From: Eledone cirrhosa | Lineage: Eukaryota | DNA length: 64,000 nt | Assembly (NCBI GenBank): GCA_964016885.1 | Contig: OZ024745.1 | Location: 35,960,001-36,024,000, forward strand | Direction of reading: 5' to 3' | Shown: positions 43,232-53,444 of the stretch, one piece after another | Numbering within the stretch: the stretch's first letter is position 1 | Layout of the letters: each line of letters begins with the position of its first letter | Program-made: the position numbers and the translations under genes | Notes under the pieces: model-generated | Databases searched by the model: none | Told to the model about the DNA's origin: nothing | What the model saw: the letters and a program-made list of their open reading frames with translations, nothing else

Positions 43232-44489
43232 CTATTTATAACATACTTGACCTCCTTTTCAACCCAAGAGACACATAACACATATGCGCATATTGATCAA
43301 CAGTGGGGTGACATTCATCAAATGATATAGCATGGCAATTTACATATAAAGGTTACAGGATAAAAATAACATAAAAACAAGAGTGAAAATAGGAGTGAAA
43401 ATAAAGATAAACATGGAGCATTGGCAGTCTATGAAGATAAAGCAAGAGGAAAGCTTAGAGTAGTCAGTGCATGGAACAATCTCCCGTGCAGCATGCACGC
43501 GTGTCTTATCTATACATGATTAGAGTGCGTCAGAATGATGTTTGCAGGGTCAGGCAGTTGAAGCTGGCAATCGATCTTATTATGTAGGCTGAATTATTAA
43601 GTCATTTATTCTCATACATCTGTATGATATACAGTCTCGGATGCGGGGAAACACCAAAATATCAAAAACCATCAACATACTATAAACCTTATTGTATCGT
43701 AGGCAAGGCCGTACCATTGTCCCTGCTCACGCCACCACTCACATAATCCATGAGACGCAATATATATATAGAGAACACGCGTCTATTGTATAATTCGCGG
43801 TGGTTCAGCATATAGTCAAGCTATAAACCGTATCCAGTCGGTTCTTAATTAATATATCATGCTGTCCAGATTCCGGAAGTGCCTGAATGAATAAGGGGAA
43901 TTAATGCGTAAGGGTAGGTAACTAGCTAGTTATCTTAGTTACATTACTATGCTAAACTACATTAATGGTGATTCAAATACGTGCCTATCATGTGAAGTTA
44001 TCTAGAGTATGTTACCCATTTATAGGTTATAGAGTTGTCTATTAAGAAGTACAAGGGTTTATATATTAGGATGATTACCATCCATTAATTAAGGGGTGTC
44101 ATATCTGAACGTTCTATAAGAGCAGTCAGACTCTCAGGTCACTGCTCCATGCAAATGTAATATAACAGTATGACCTGGTATGGTCCCACTATTATATATG
44201 CCACCCGGTAGGCTCCGGGTCATTGCATGCTTGCATCTCCAGTAAATCTTCGGTATGGTCCGGGGATCCAATCTCTCATATAAATGCACTAGACTGCCAA
44301 CGCTTCATGTTTATCTTTATTTTCACTCCTATTTTCACTCTTGTTTTTATGTTATTTTTATCCTGTAACCTTTATATGTAAATTGCCATGCTATATCATT
44401 TGATGAATGTCACCCCACTGTTGATCAATATGCGCATATGTTTTATGTGTCTCTTGGGTTGAAAAGGAGGTCAAGTATGTTATAAATAG

Positions 44490-44538
44490 TTGCTCCGAAG
44501 AATCCAAACCTCGGTTTGGAGGAAACAATTGTAAGCAA
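44490..44538 (+). ncRNA. Hammerhead motif, U4C variant
   Basis: TTGCT-CCGAAGA-a-TCCAAACC tc GGTTTGGA-g-GAAA-CAATTG-TA-AGCAA. Confidence 0.65.
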
Positions 44539-44746
44539 ATAAATGACTTAAACTGAACTTTGATTACTGTAATCTCTATATAACTGCTCTGTAAAACAAC
44601 TGATGTTATTACATTGAGCTATTTAACTTACTGGTAATAGGATAGTAATTAACGACTATCTCTCACTATTTAGGGTTTGTGTATATATAATATATTACCA
44701 TTAAACGTTTTATTGCATACATAACCATTAATAGTACCCTTAATAC

Positions 44747-44799
<53 letters not shown>

Positions 44800-44802
<3 letters not shown>

Positions 44803-46100
44803 GGAAATGCCCCTCTAATAACATTGTCTACAAATGTAAGGTTGAAACACCCACGTCCCGTAGGGCCTACATAGGGTTAACCGCCAATAGATTCAAGCAG
44901 CGTATTTACATGCATACCCATTCTTTTCGTTACCCTCTATGAAGGAATATGACGTCACTTTGCAGCTTATATCTGGAGTCTAAAAGAAAACCACACCCAA
45001 TATAAGTTACACTGGGAGATCCTAGCTAGCGCTAGATCGTATAACGGAAATAAAAGACCATGTGACCTCTGCGCCGTTGAGGCCCTGGAAATACTCTACG
45101 CCACAGACCACATCTTAAACAAAAAATCTGAAGCAATTTCGGCTTGTAAACATAAGTTGCACAAAACTTTCCTGTATTACAGCCCCACATTATACCCTAA
45201 CGGATAGTACGATCGATACGCGGATATTTTACGTCTTGATGTGGTAGCTAAGTATATGTTATGTTTATACAATTACTTATTTGTATAGGTAAGTATATAT
45301 TACCTGTCTGTTTTGTGGAGGTAAGTATACTTTCTCGTACGTATATTTGATTGTATATGTTATGGCGTATATTTTTTATATATTCTGATACATATGCTTT
45401 TGGTTATGTGTATACGTTAGTTTTGCGTCTGTGTGATTATACGGGTTCATACGTATGTAGGGTATGTGTATATGTGTACTTCGTGTTTTGGTTGACGTTC
45501 GTCTCCGAACATATGTGTATTTACATGTAGGTATGTGTGTGCGCTTGTTATATACGTATTTATTTATATATGTTTATTTAATTATTTGTATACACGCGCA
45601 CACACACACACATATTTATATGTGCGTGTATTTGTATACCTATGGTGAGTTTTTCGCGTATGATTGTGTATGTACGTATATGGATGCGTGTATGTATTTA
45701 TTTAATTTCAATTACCTCTGTATTTTATTTACTTTATTCTTAATTATGAAGCCCAGAATCATTCGGTTTCCTAATTAGAATTTTAGTCTACGACTTCAGT
45801 TATACCATTTACGTGGTTTTGTCTTTGCGTGCAATTGTTCTCCACGCTCCACATATGACGTATTATCCTCGGTTTTTCCCGTTTATTGCCAGAGAACGTC
45901 TCTATGAACCAGCTAATAGAATATTAGTCTACGACTTCTTTCATACCATAAACGTGGTTTTGTCTTTGCATGTAATTGTTTTTCACCGCTCCAAATAATG
46001 ACGTATTATATTCGTTTTTTCCCGTTCTTTGTCAGGGAACGTTTCCACGAACCAAAGTATTGTCTTCCTGTCTTCCTCCGGTTGCAACGTTTTTTGAAAT
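44800..46100 (+). mobile_element. Naiad-type PLE fragment: decayed GIY-YIG (44800-45208) plus 3' region
   Basis: NIVYKCKVET....AYIGLTANRFKQR..MHTHSFR, IWSLKE....KLHWEILASARSYNGNKRPCDLCAVEALEI and ILNKKSEAISACKHK, with a stop and frameshifts. Begins directly after (TA)n. Confidence 0.85.
45776..46050. repeat. Two diverged tandem copies of a ~141-bp unit
   Basis: TAGAATWTTAGTCTACGACTTC at 45776 and 45917. Confidence 0.8.
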
Positions 46101-46104
46101 GTCT

Positions 46105-46377
46105 TAATGCAGACAGTCAGACATACAGACATATATTATAAGGGCGCGACGTTATATCTATGTATCTATCTAAAAATAATGACTAAGAATTATATAGAGT
46201 GAGGTCGCTAAATCGCCTAATGCGGTCCCTGGAGGATTGAAGATTTGAAATATGTTTTGCTCAATACACTCACAAGACCATAAGTATTACATGTGTAAAG
46301 ATTGAAAACAATCGGTCAGGTGGTTCTCGAGTTTTAGTGATCGTACAGACAGACATTCTTTGTTTTAGATATATAGA
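46105..46377 (-). mobile_element. Helitron 5' fragment
   Basis: The reverse complement matches 10551-10805 and begins TCTATATATCTAAAAC. Confidence 0.75.
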
Positions 46378-47189
46378 TAATAAAACAGAGGGAGAGAGAA
46401 AGAGAAAAATAGATAGATACATAGTTACATACATACATATATATATATATATACATACAGACAACATACAAACATACTTACATACTTACATATTGATTTC
46501 TGTTGGTATTGACGATGAATTTACTTGTTTGTCACGCAGCGGAACATTACATCACCAGTGTCTACCCTTAGTTCCATGAAGTAATTAAAATCTTTTTTGG
46601 TTACGTCCAATTTTAACACAGGTCAGATATTTTGTTTCTTTTCTCGTTGAAAAGATCATGTTTCTGAGACGTGCTTTTATAGTCTTCAGTTTGCATTCCG
46701 TGCCTATGCATTTAAACCTAAGCTAGTGTGATAAATGATATTTATTTATATATCCTCGCATGATATTCATTTATATATCTCGCGCCACCACGTTTGGTTT
46801 AGGTCAATATTTCCAATTTCTTCCAGTGTTTTCATTACTCGTACAATTAATATCGAAATCAACTCAATTAAAATTCAAAACAAAATAACAATGTGTTGCA
46901 TTTCCTGTGAAAGCATGAGAAATTAAAACAATACATAGAATCGGTTATCCTGTGCAATTCATGAACGTATGCTTTCCTAAAGCCATAAGTTATTGTTTCC
47001 ATTTTTGGTTATCCATACACAATTAGCAGAGGAAGAATTAATATACTTGTTCACGAAACTTTAGTTACGATTTCTCTTAAAATATTTCGATACTCACGCA
47101 CAAACACAGACACACACACGTATATATATATATATATATATATATACAATATATTAATAAATGGAAACTATATTTATAAAACAATAATT

Positions 47190-47252
47190 ATTTTATTATA
47201 TATATTTCAAGGGCAACCAAGGCAGTCTTGGTGCGCTTTCATCAGATAAAAT
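47190..47252 (-). ncRNA. Minimal type I hammerhead ribozyme
   Basis: Minus strand: ATTTTAT-CTGATGA-AAGCGCACCAAG actgc CTTGGTTGCCCTT-GAAA-TATATA-TA-ATAAAAT. Confidence 0.8.
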
Positions 47253-48953
47253 ACAAAATTTGTTTCATAAATAGTGACATAACCGTGGAAACCAACCTTG
47301 ACGGTTGAAAGTTCATTGGATAGTGAACATTTTTATTGAGGGTAATTCAAGTTCTGTGTGAATATGCAAATGAGCGTCCGAAAAATTGAAAAAAAACACC
47401 CGTTTATTTAAATTACGCTGTGGGAAGAAGATAGAGAGAAAAAGAAGCGAGAGAAAAAAGAAAAGAAAAGAAAATATTAGTATATGTAGAAGTAGAATGA
47501 AGAAATAAAGTGAAGAAAGAGCAAAGAAAGAAGCTTATCCGAGGATGAGTTCATATACCGTAAATAAGTCTTATGTTTATGTTACATATTTGTTAGAATT
47601 CTATTATAATAAATATTTATTTACTATTATAAGTATATAGAAAATTAGATATATAGAAAAAATAAAGATATACTAAAAATAAAGATATAATAAAATATAT
47701 TAAGATATATTAAAATATATCAACATATAATAAAATATATTAAAAATAGATTTAAATAAATAAGAAGTAGAAGCATAGGATAAAATGTAGATATAAGGAC
47801 AGATATAAGGATAGATATATGAGTGGAAAGATGGGTATATCATGTTATAGATGATAAATTATGAGGGATACTAGTTTATATTTAGCGTAAGTATTTAAAT
47901 TAAATTAAATCAAATTAACTGAGTCAATAAGATTACTTATATGTTTTAATGTTTGACATTGGAAAAATATTGAAAATCCCAGTTTTGTTTATTTATTAGT
48001 TATTATGAGATCATTTTGACAAAGATATGGTTAAAGATATATTTACTGAGAGTTAGTTATTGGTTATAACTCTAATGTTAAATAATTACAAAAAATTACA
48101 AAAAATTAGAAAAAATAAAAAAATTAATTAAAAGTATAAGAAATACTAAAACCATTTAAAAATTAAGACTATAAAATATTAACAATTCTAGACAAAATTC
48201 TTGAAAATTCCTGGAAAAACTTTCCAAGTTATTTTTATAAGGATCTCAAAAAGACTCCGAAGATACTCAAAAACCCTTTAAAAACCTTTTAAAAACATTA
48301 AAAAGTGTTTAAAATTAATTAAAAGCCTAAAATTATTCAGGAAATATAATTAAAAACCTTAAATTATTAAAAGAATATAAAGAAATATTAAGAAATACTT
48401 TAAAATACTTACAAATATTTTAAAATATTTAAACATTTTAGAAAAATACTGAAAAATATATTTAAAATATTAAGGTGGCTCAAAAAATAGTTTTTTTAAA
48501 AATAAGTAATTTTTAAAAAAAGACTATGAGATATTTTGGGAGTAAGATAAATAAAGATAAAAATAAAGATATTTAAGAAGTAAATATATTAAAAAGTAAA
48601 GATTTAAGAAGTAAATTATATATATTTAAGAAGTAAAATATATTAAAATTAGAATTACATTAAATTTAAATTTAAAGATTTAGAATTTATGAACATATAT
48701 GCATATAATTTAATAAATGAGATTATAAGTGTTTGGATAAAGTAAACATTATGTAGAGAAGATTAAACGTGTAATTATATTTTATATATAGATATAAAAG
48801 TTGAGTTTTGTCGATGTTTACAAGATCTAAATAAATTGTTACGTAAATTAATAGAGAACAATATCTACAGGTTTAACAATTAAATAGAAAAAAACTAAGT
48901 CAGAATCAAATCTCTGAATTAGAGTTTTAAATTACCAACCTTATAAGTATAAG

Positions 48954-49014
48954 TTTGCTGAAACGAATCTCGTTCGTTTCACCACCGACATGTGCAGTAT
49001 CCTCAGTCAGCAAA
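48954..49014 (-). ncRNA. Type I hammerhead ribozyme with complete stem III
   Basis: Minus strand: TTTGCTGA-CTGAGGA-t-ACTGC acatgtcg GTGGT-GAA-ACGAA cgaga TTCGT-T-TCAGCAAA, giving an 8-bp stem I, 5-bp stem III and GUU triplet. Confidence 0.85.
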
Positions 49015-49280
49015 TGTGGATTCTGTTCACGACACATCTAACCCTCATGGATAGAGAGAAAGCTAATATACACGCTGCCCAGAGTAGGGAGAAATCACGC
49101 GTTATTTGATGCAAATAACGGCCCAATTCTTTACACATATATCACTGTGTAACACACTTCTCTTTGTGTAATATATTTGCATTTGTGCTAGAGGAAAATT
49201 CTCTATTCTTCTTTGAGCTACTATTATTATTATTACTGTGAACTGCGGAATACTCTTAATTCCGATTTGTATATATATAT

Positions 49281-49340
49281 ACGTAACTATGCTAGAAAGC
49301 AAGGGGTCCAACCCTCTACCGATACTACCAATTCACGGCC
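49281..49340 (-). mobile_element. SINE head fragment
   Basis: ACGTAACTATGCTAGAAAGC..ACCCTCTACCGATACT matches the SINE 5' part. Confidence 0.7.
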
Positions 49341-49370
49341 ATATATATAGTAATAATAATATATATATTA

Positions 49371-49418
<48 letters not shown>

Positions 49419-49460
49419 AAAAAGAACACAAGAGCGTCTACAACATCAAAAGATTTTTAT

Positions 49461-49510
49461 TGGCTTACAATGTTTCTTCCTTACGTAACCGTAGGATTCG
49501 TCAGAGCTAT
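49461..49510 (-). ncRNA. Minimal type I hammerhead ribozyme
   Basis: Minus strand: taGCT-CTGACGA-a-TCCTACG gtta CGTAAGGA-a-GAAA-CATTG-TA-AGCca, about 45 nt from a (TG)/(TA) tract. Confidence 0.78.
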
Positions 49511-50351
49511 AAAAGGGGTTTGATTGGTGTTATGGACTCTACCAACCAAACATTCAAGAACAAAGAGTAAAGAGAGTAAAGAGCAAAAGTAGGGGACGAT
49601 AAGTCTAATTTTGGTGCGGGAGGGTGAGGTGTGGGTCCTTGTTTACTAGCTGCGGACATATTCATTCCCGGGAGTCGGCTGGTTAGCTGAACCATAGATG
49701 GGGTGGCGTCGATAGTATGGTGCAGAGCGTGCGCAGAGGCTACACAAACACAAAGGGCGTAGAATATATATATATAGCGGAGGAGAAGGTACATGAGGTA
49801 ATTAGAAATGGAAAAAGAGTAATAATAATAATCTATATTTAATAGTGTATAATAAGGCATGGGGAAGATTACACTATAATAAGGTATAAAAGTAAGAATA
49901 AGGTAAAATATAAAGGAGGATAAAAGTGGAAATAATAAAGATTTAAAAAAATGGAAATAATAAAGATAAAAAATATATATATAGAGAATATATAAAGAAA
50001 TATAAGCGAATATTTGGAGGGGAAAACACAATGTAAAAAAACCGATTTTTTCAAATAATAATAAAAATATAATAATTATGGGGGGAGAAAACAGGATAGA
50101 GAAATATGATCAAGTGTGATCAGTTCAGAGAATATAAGATGATAATAGTTATGTCCAGTTTATACATCTTAATAATAAATAATATGTGTATCAGAGTTGC
50201 AGAGCCTTCAATTCACTTACGGGTTCAAGCCACGTGGCATGGTCCATTGTTTATTTGTGCGGTCATGTGCGTTTGTTTTTGACACCACAGCAGATGCACA
50301 AGTTTGTAAATTCCAACGCAGATCAAAAGATGGTTAAAAAGAGATCCATGT

Positions 50352-50420
50352 ATTTTATTATGCGCATTTCAAAAACAGATATGATCATTGGATGATATTT
50401 GCGTTCTCATCAGATAAAAT
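50352..50420 (-). ncRNA. Minimal type I hammerhead ribozyme
   Basis: Minus strand: ATTTTAT-CTGATGA-gaacgcaaatATCAT cca ATGATcatatctgttttt-GAAA-TGCGCA-TA-ATAAAAT. Confidence 0.78.
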
Positions 50421-51374
50421 AGGGAGACATGATATGAAGCTTAAAAAACACTTGCAAGCGGTGAAGTGTTAAATCAACATATGAAAAATAAAGTAAGATG
50501 GATATATGAGATTGAGGAAAAAAGGAGGAGGGGCGGAAGGAAAAGGTAAGGATAAAGATAAAGGATGACAGGGGAGGAGTATAAGAAGGAAGGATGAGAG
50601 AGGAGGAGAAATGAGAGGAGGATAAAGTGAGAGAGAGAGAGAGAGAGTCTTTAATAGAAACACTGTCTCCCAGAAAAAAATAAAAAAAGTTGTAAGATAA
50701 TACATAATTTAAAAAAAATTTGAAATTAAAAGTTAATGAGGTTTATGAATGGTGATGTTTATGATCAACGAAAAAGGAATTAAGAATACTATTTAAGGTT
50801 TAATAAATTGTGCGAAAAGGGATTTATTAATATGTATTATTAAAATAAAAATATTAAGGATATAAGGTGAATGATGAAGAGATTAAATGAATTATGGACT
50901 TATAGGAATTAGTTAGGGTTTAAGTTTGTTTTTATGTATTGTAATATGAAAAAGTAAATAATAGGTTTAATACGAGCACGGAAAGGGAGAAGAAAGAAGA
51001 AAATTTAAGGAGGAAAAATATAACGTCAAAAAAAAAATATATATATATGTTTACAAAATTTACTAATAGTAATATTAGTATATATTAAAGATATAATTTG
51101 TATGGCCAAGAATATAAGGAAAATGCTATAGTGAGTAATAATATGAATTAAGAAATAATTGAGAAGTAAAAGTTACAGATTAAAGAAATTAAAAAAGAAA
51201 AAAGGAAGAAAGTAAAAATGATAAAAAAGAAGAAAAATAGGGACCGCCAACGACATAGAATGAGTAAATTGTATAATATAATATACTGAAATAAGGTAGA
51301 AAGATGGGTATATTTGTAAAAGATATAAAAGCGTTTGAGAAAAGAAGATTTTAAACTAATTAGGTATTGAGATA

Positions 51375-52890
51375 TTAGCTGTATACTTTATGGAAAGTTC
51401 TATGGGATTTATGCAAGCAGAGCGAAAATAAATCTGTACGTCTATTTATTATAGAATTAAAATTAGAGATAATGGTAAATTTCTCGGCTAGGCAGATATT
51501 ACATGTTCTAGATAGGGAAGAATATCGGTAAGGAGAGGCGTTGCAAACCTTCCTCCAAGAGATGTTGTAGTTAATATATTTGTCTTTGAAGGACCATATG
51601 AGTTTTGAGAGTGCCGTGTTAGTTCTTTTAAGTTGGTATTTAAAAGACGAATTGTGATTATAAAAATCTTGCTTTAAAGGAAGTGGAAGTGGAACCAAAA
51701 TAGGTAAAAGAATTAGTACCAGTTATAACCTTACATTCATACACTAAATTTTTATCAAGACATTGGTTACTAAGAGGACATTTAGTTCCAACAGGGCAAT
51801 TACAATTACGATTAGAGAAATTACCAGAGTTATTAACAAGTGACCTAGTATTATTTACAGAAGGAATTGGATTGGAGAAGTTATTTACGATAGGTACTAT
51901 AGTTTCCTGATTTAGATTGGTGTTATGAACATTCGACAAAGTTATGTATGACGTCGTATTTAAATTTACTGAATCTAGCCTAGAGTTAAAATTGACGTCG
52001 GGTTTACTATTGCTATTATTATGACGCTCAGATGGATATAATTTATTAATTAATATTTTATTATTATGTTTAGAGATAATTGTTTCTACTTTAGGCACAA
52101 GGCCAGCAATTACCCAGTTGATTACTGGTACTTTATTTTATCGACCCCGTAAGGATGAAAGGCAAAGTCAACCTCGGCGGGATTTGAACTCAGATCGTAA
52201 AGGGACGTAACTATGCTGGAAAGCATGGCGTCCGACCCTCCACCGATACTGCCAATCCACCGCCCTTTATGTTTAGAGATAATGTTAGAGATGTTGGAAA
52301 TGGTGGAATAAGAGAATGTGATTGTATGTTTGTTAAAGATCTTACTATAGATATGCGAGAGGAGGAAGCATTTATCTAAGGCCCTAAAAAATAGTTTAGG
52401 ATATTACTAGTAATGGATAGGGAAAAAGGAGCGTTGTACCAAATCATATTTTTGTATCTAGGTCTTTTATTTAAGTTATTGGAATGTTCATAACTAACTA
52501 TTTTACGATAATCCTTCGATGATTGGTTTCTTTACTGTATTTAATTTTATCAGGATAACCGGCTTTGGAAAGCGCATTATTATAATAATTGGCATTAGCG
52601 TCGAAGATAATTTATTAGAGGATAGATTTGAGATTCTTTTTTCAACATTACTGACTATAGCATAGTTAGTGGGGTGGTTAGATTTAAAATTAACATAATT
52701 TAGATTCTCCTAGTCTTTATGGTAAGGGTAATATAGGCCGGTGTCAAGATTAAGGGATATATCCAGGAAGTTAGCTAGTTTGACGTTGTTTTCAAATTCA
52801 ATTTTTAGGTTTTGGTGCTTAAATAGATCGAGTTTATTATTCTTAATAATATTAAGGTTAGCTAAGTTACAGTTTAAGACAGTAAAATCC
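51375..52890 (-). pseudogene. Naiad-type RT-thumb/GIY-YIG ORF with frameshifts, stops and a SINE interruption
   Basis: ORFs 51375-51698 and 51658-52098 join via a frameshift near 51665; upstream remnants lie beyond the SINE. Confidence 0.88.
52081..52266 (-). mobile_element. Young full-length SINE with 17-bp TSD
   Basis: TSD TTATGTTTAGAGATAAT at 52064-52080 and 52267-52283. Confidence 0.95.
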
Positions 52891-53078
52891 CATGATGATA
52901 TTTGTTTTTGAAATGCGCATCATAAAATACATGGAACTCTTTTTAACCATCTTTTGATCTTATATTATTTATACTCCAGTCCTATAAACTTTGTGTTGCT
53001 ACTTATCCGATATTTGCATTGCTTTATTGTGCTACAATAAAACTCACCTCCTACATTATATATATATATATATTTATG

Positions 53079-53114
<36 letters not shown>

Positions 53115-53121
<7 letters not shown>

Positions 53122-53357
53122 ATATTAAATAAATCGAAACTATATTTATAAAACAATATTTATTCTATTATATATATTTCAAGGGTTCCAAAAACATTGG
53201 TACGCTTTCATCAGATAAAATACGTAGTGTGTTTTATAAATGTTGACATAGCCAAGGAACATACCTTAACGGTTAAAATTTTCTTGTCAAGTGTTCTGAA
53301 TCAGATATAAACATTTATATTTGTTGAATTACCAACAAATTGAATATCCATTCTGCT
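53115..53357 (-). mobile_element. (TA)n-flanked PLE-like 3' fragment
   Basis: Diverged homologue of 47146-47325, including the hammerhead. Confidence 0.75.
53162..53221 (-). ncRNA. Minimal type I hammerhead ribozyme
   Basis: Minus strand: ATTTTAT-CTGATGA-AAGCGTACCAA tgttt TTGGAACCCTT-GAAA-TATATA-TA-ATAGAAT. Confidence 0.78.
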
Positions 53358-53366
53358 TATATATAT

Positions 53367-53444
53367 ATTGGCAACATAACCCTCCAATATCGGTTTCAAC
53401 ACACGTTTTCAGATAAAGAATCTTGCTAAACAAATTCAGAAACG
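53367..53444 (+). mobile_element. Solo extreme 3' tail of the PLE family at 17009-18517
   Basis: TATTGGCAACATAACCCTCC (cf. 18482-18501) is joined to AATATCGGTTTCAACACACG...CAGAAACG (reverse complement of 17012-17070). (TA)n on both sides. Confidence 0.85.

Larger units (their letters stand above)
43141..44681 (+). mobile_element. PLE-like non-coding insert with 291-bp inverted arms, hammerhead motifs and right extension, in (TA)n
   Basis: Arms 43141-43431 and 44290-44580 with few mismatches and no net indel; extension 44581-44681. Confidence 0.85.
47146..49014 (-). mobile_element. Very AT-rich non-coding PLE-like segment with a hammerhead at each end
   Basis: The 3' end (47146-47325) is homologous to 53115-53285 and abuts (TA)n. 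Hammerheads at 47190 and 48954; no ORF. Confidence 0.55.
50337..53057 (-). mobile_element. Naiad-type PLE, 5'-truncated, with inverted arm (52893-53057) and nested SINE
   Basis: RT thumb remnants (NFLDISLNLDTG.Y.PY.K, YVNFKSNHP, IWYNAP), then CNC..CPL..CL..LVY...YFGST..FK.R..NH.SSF..LS..IW...W....Y...CNICLAEK....NRR..C.H. 52893-52960 is the reverse complement of 50337-50395. Confidence 0.9.

Noticed and set aside
43141-44580. MITE or foldback DNA transposon reading of the long inverted arms
   Set aside because: The asymmetric extension, hammerheads and shared geometry with GIY-YIG-bearing inserts favour a PLE origin, and no superfamily-type TIR end is seen.
47560-48900. Mitochondrial control region (NUMT)
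   Set aside because: AT-richness only; no mitochondrial tRNA, rRNA or protein remnants were recognised, and PLE-type ends flank it.
51375-52098. Selenocysteine recoding in the Naiad-type ORF
   Set aside because: The conserved Cys positions are Cys codons. The TGA in the 44800 fragment is not at an evident Cys site, and I saw no convincing SECIS.
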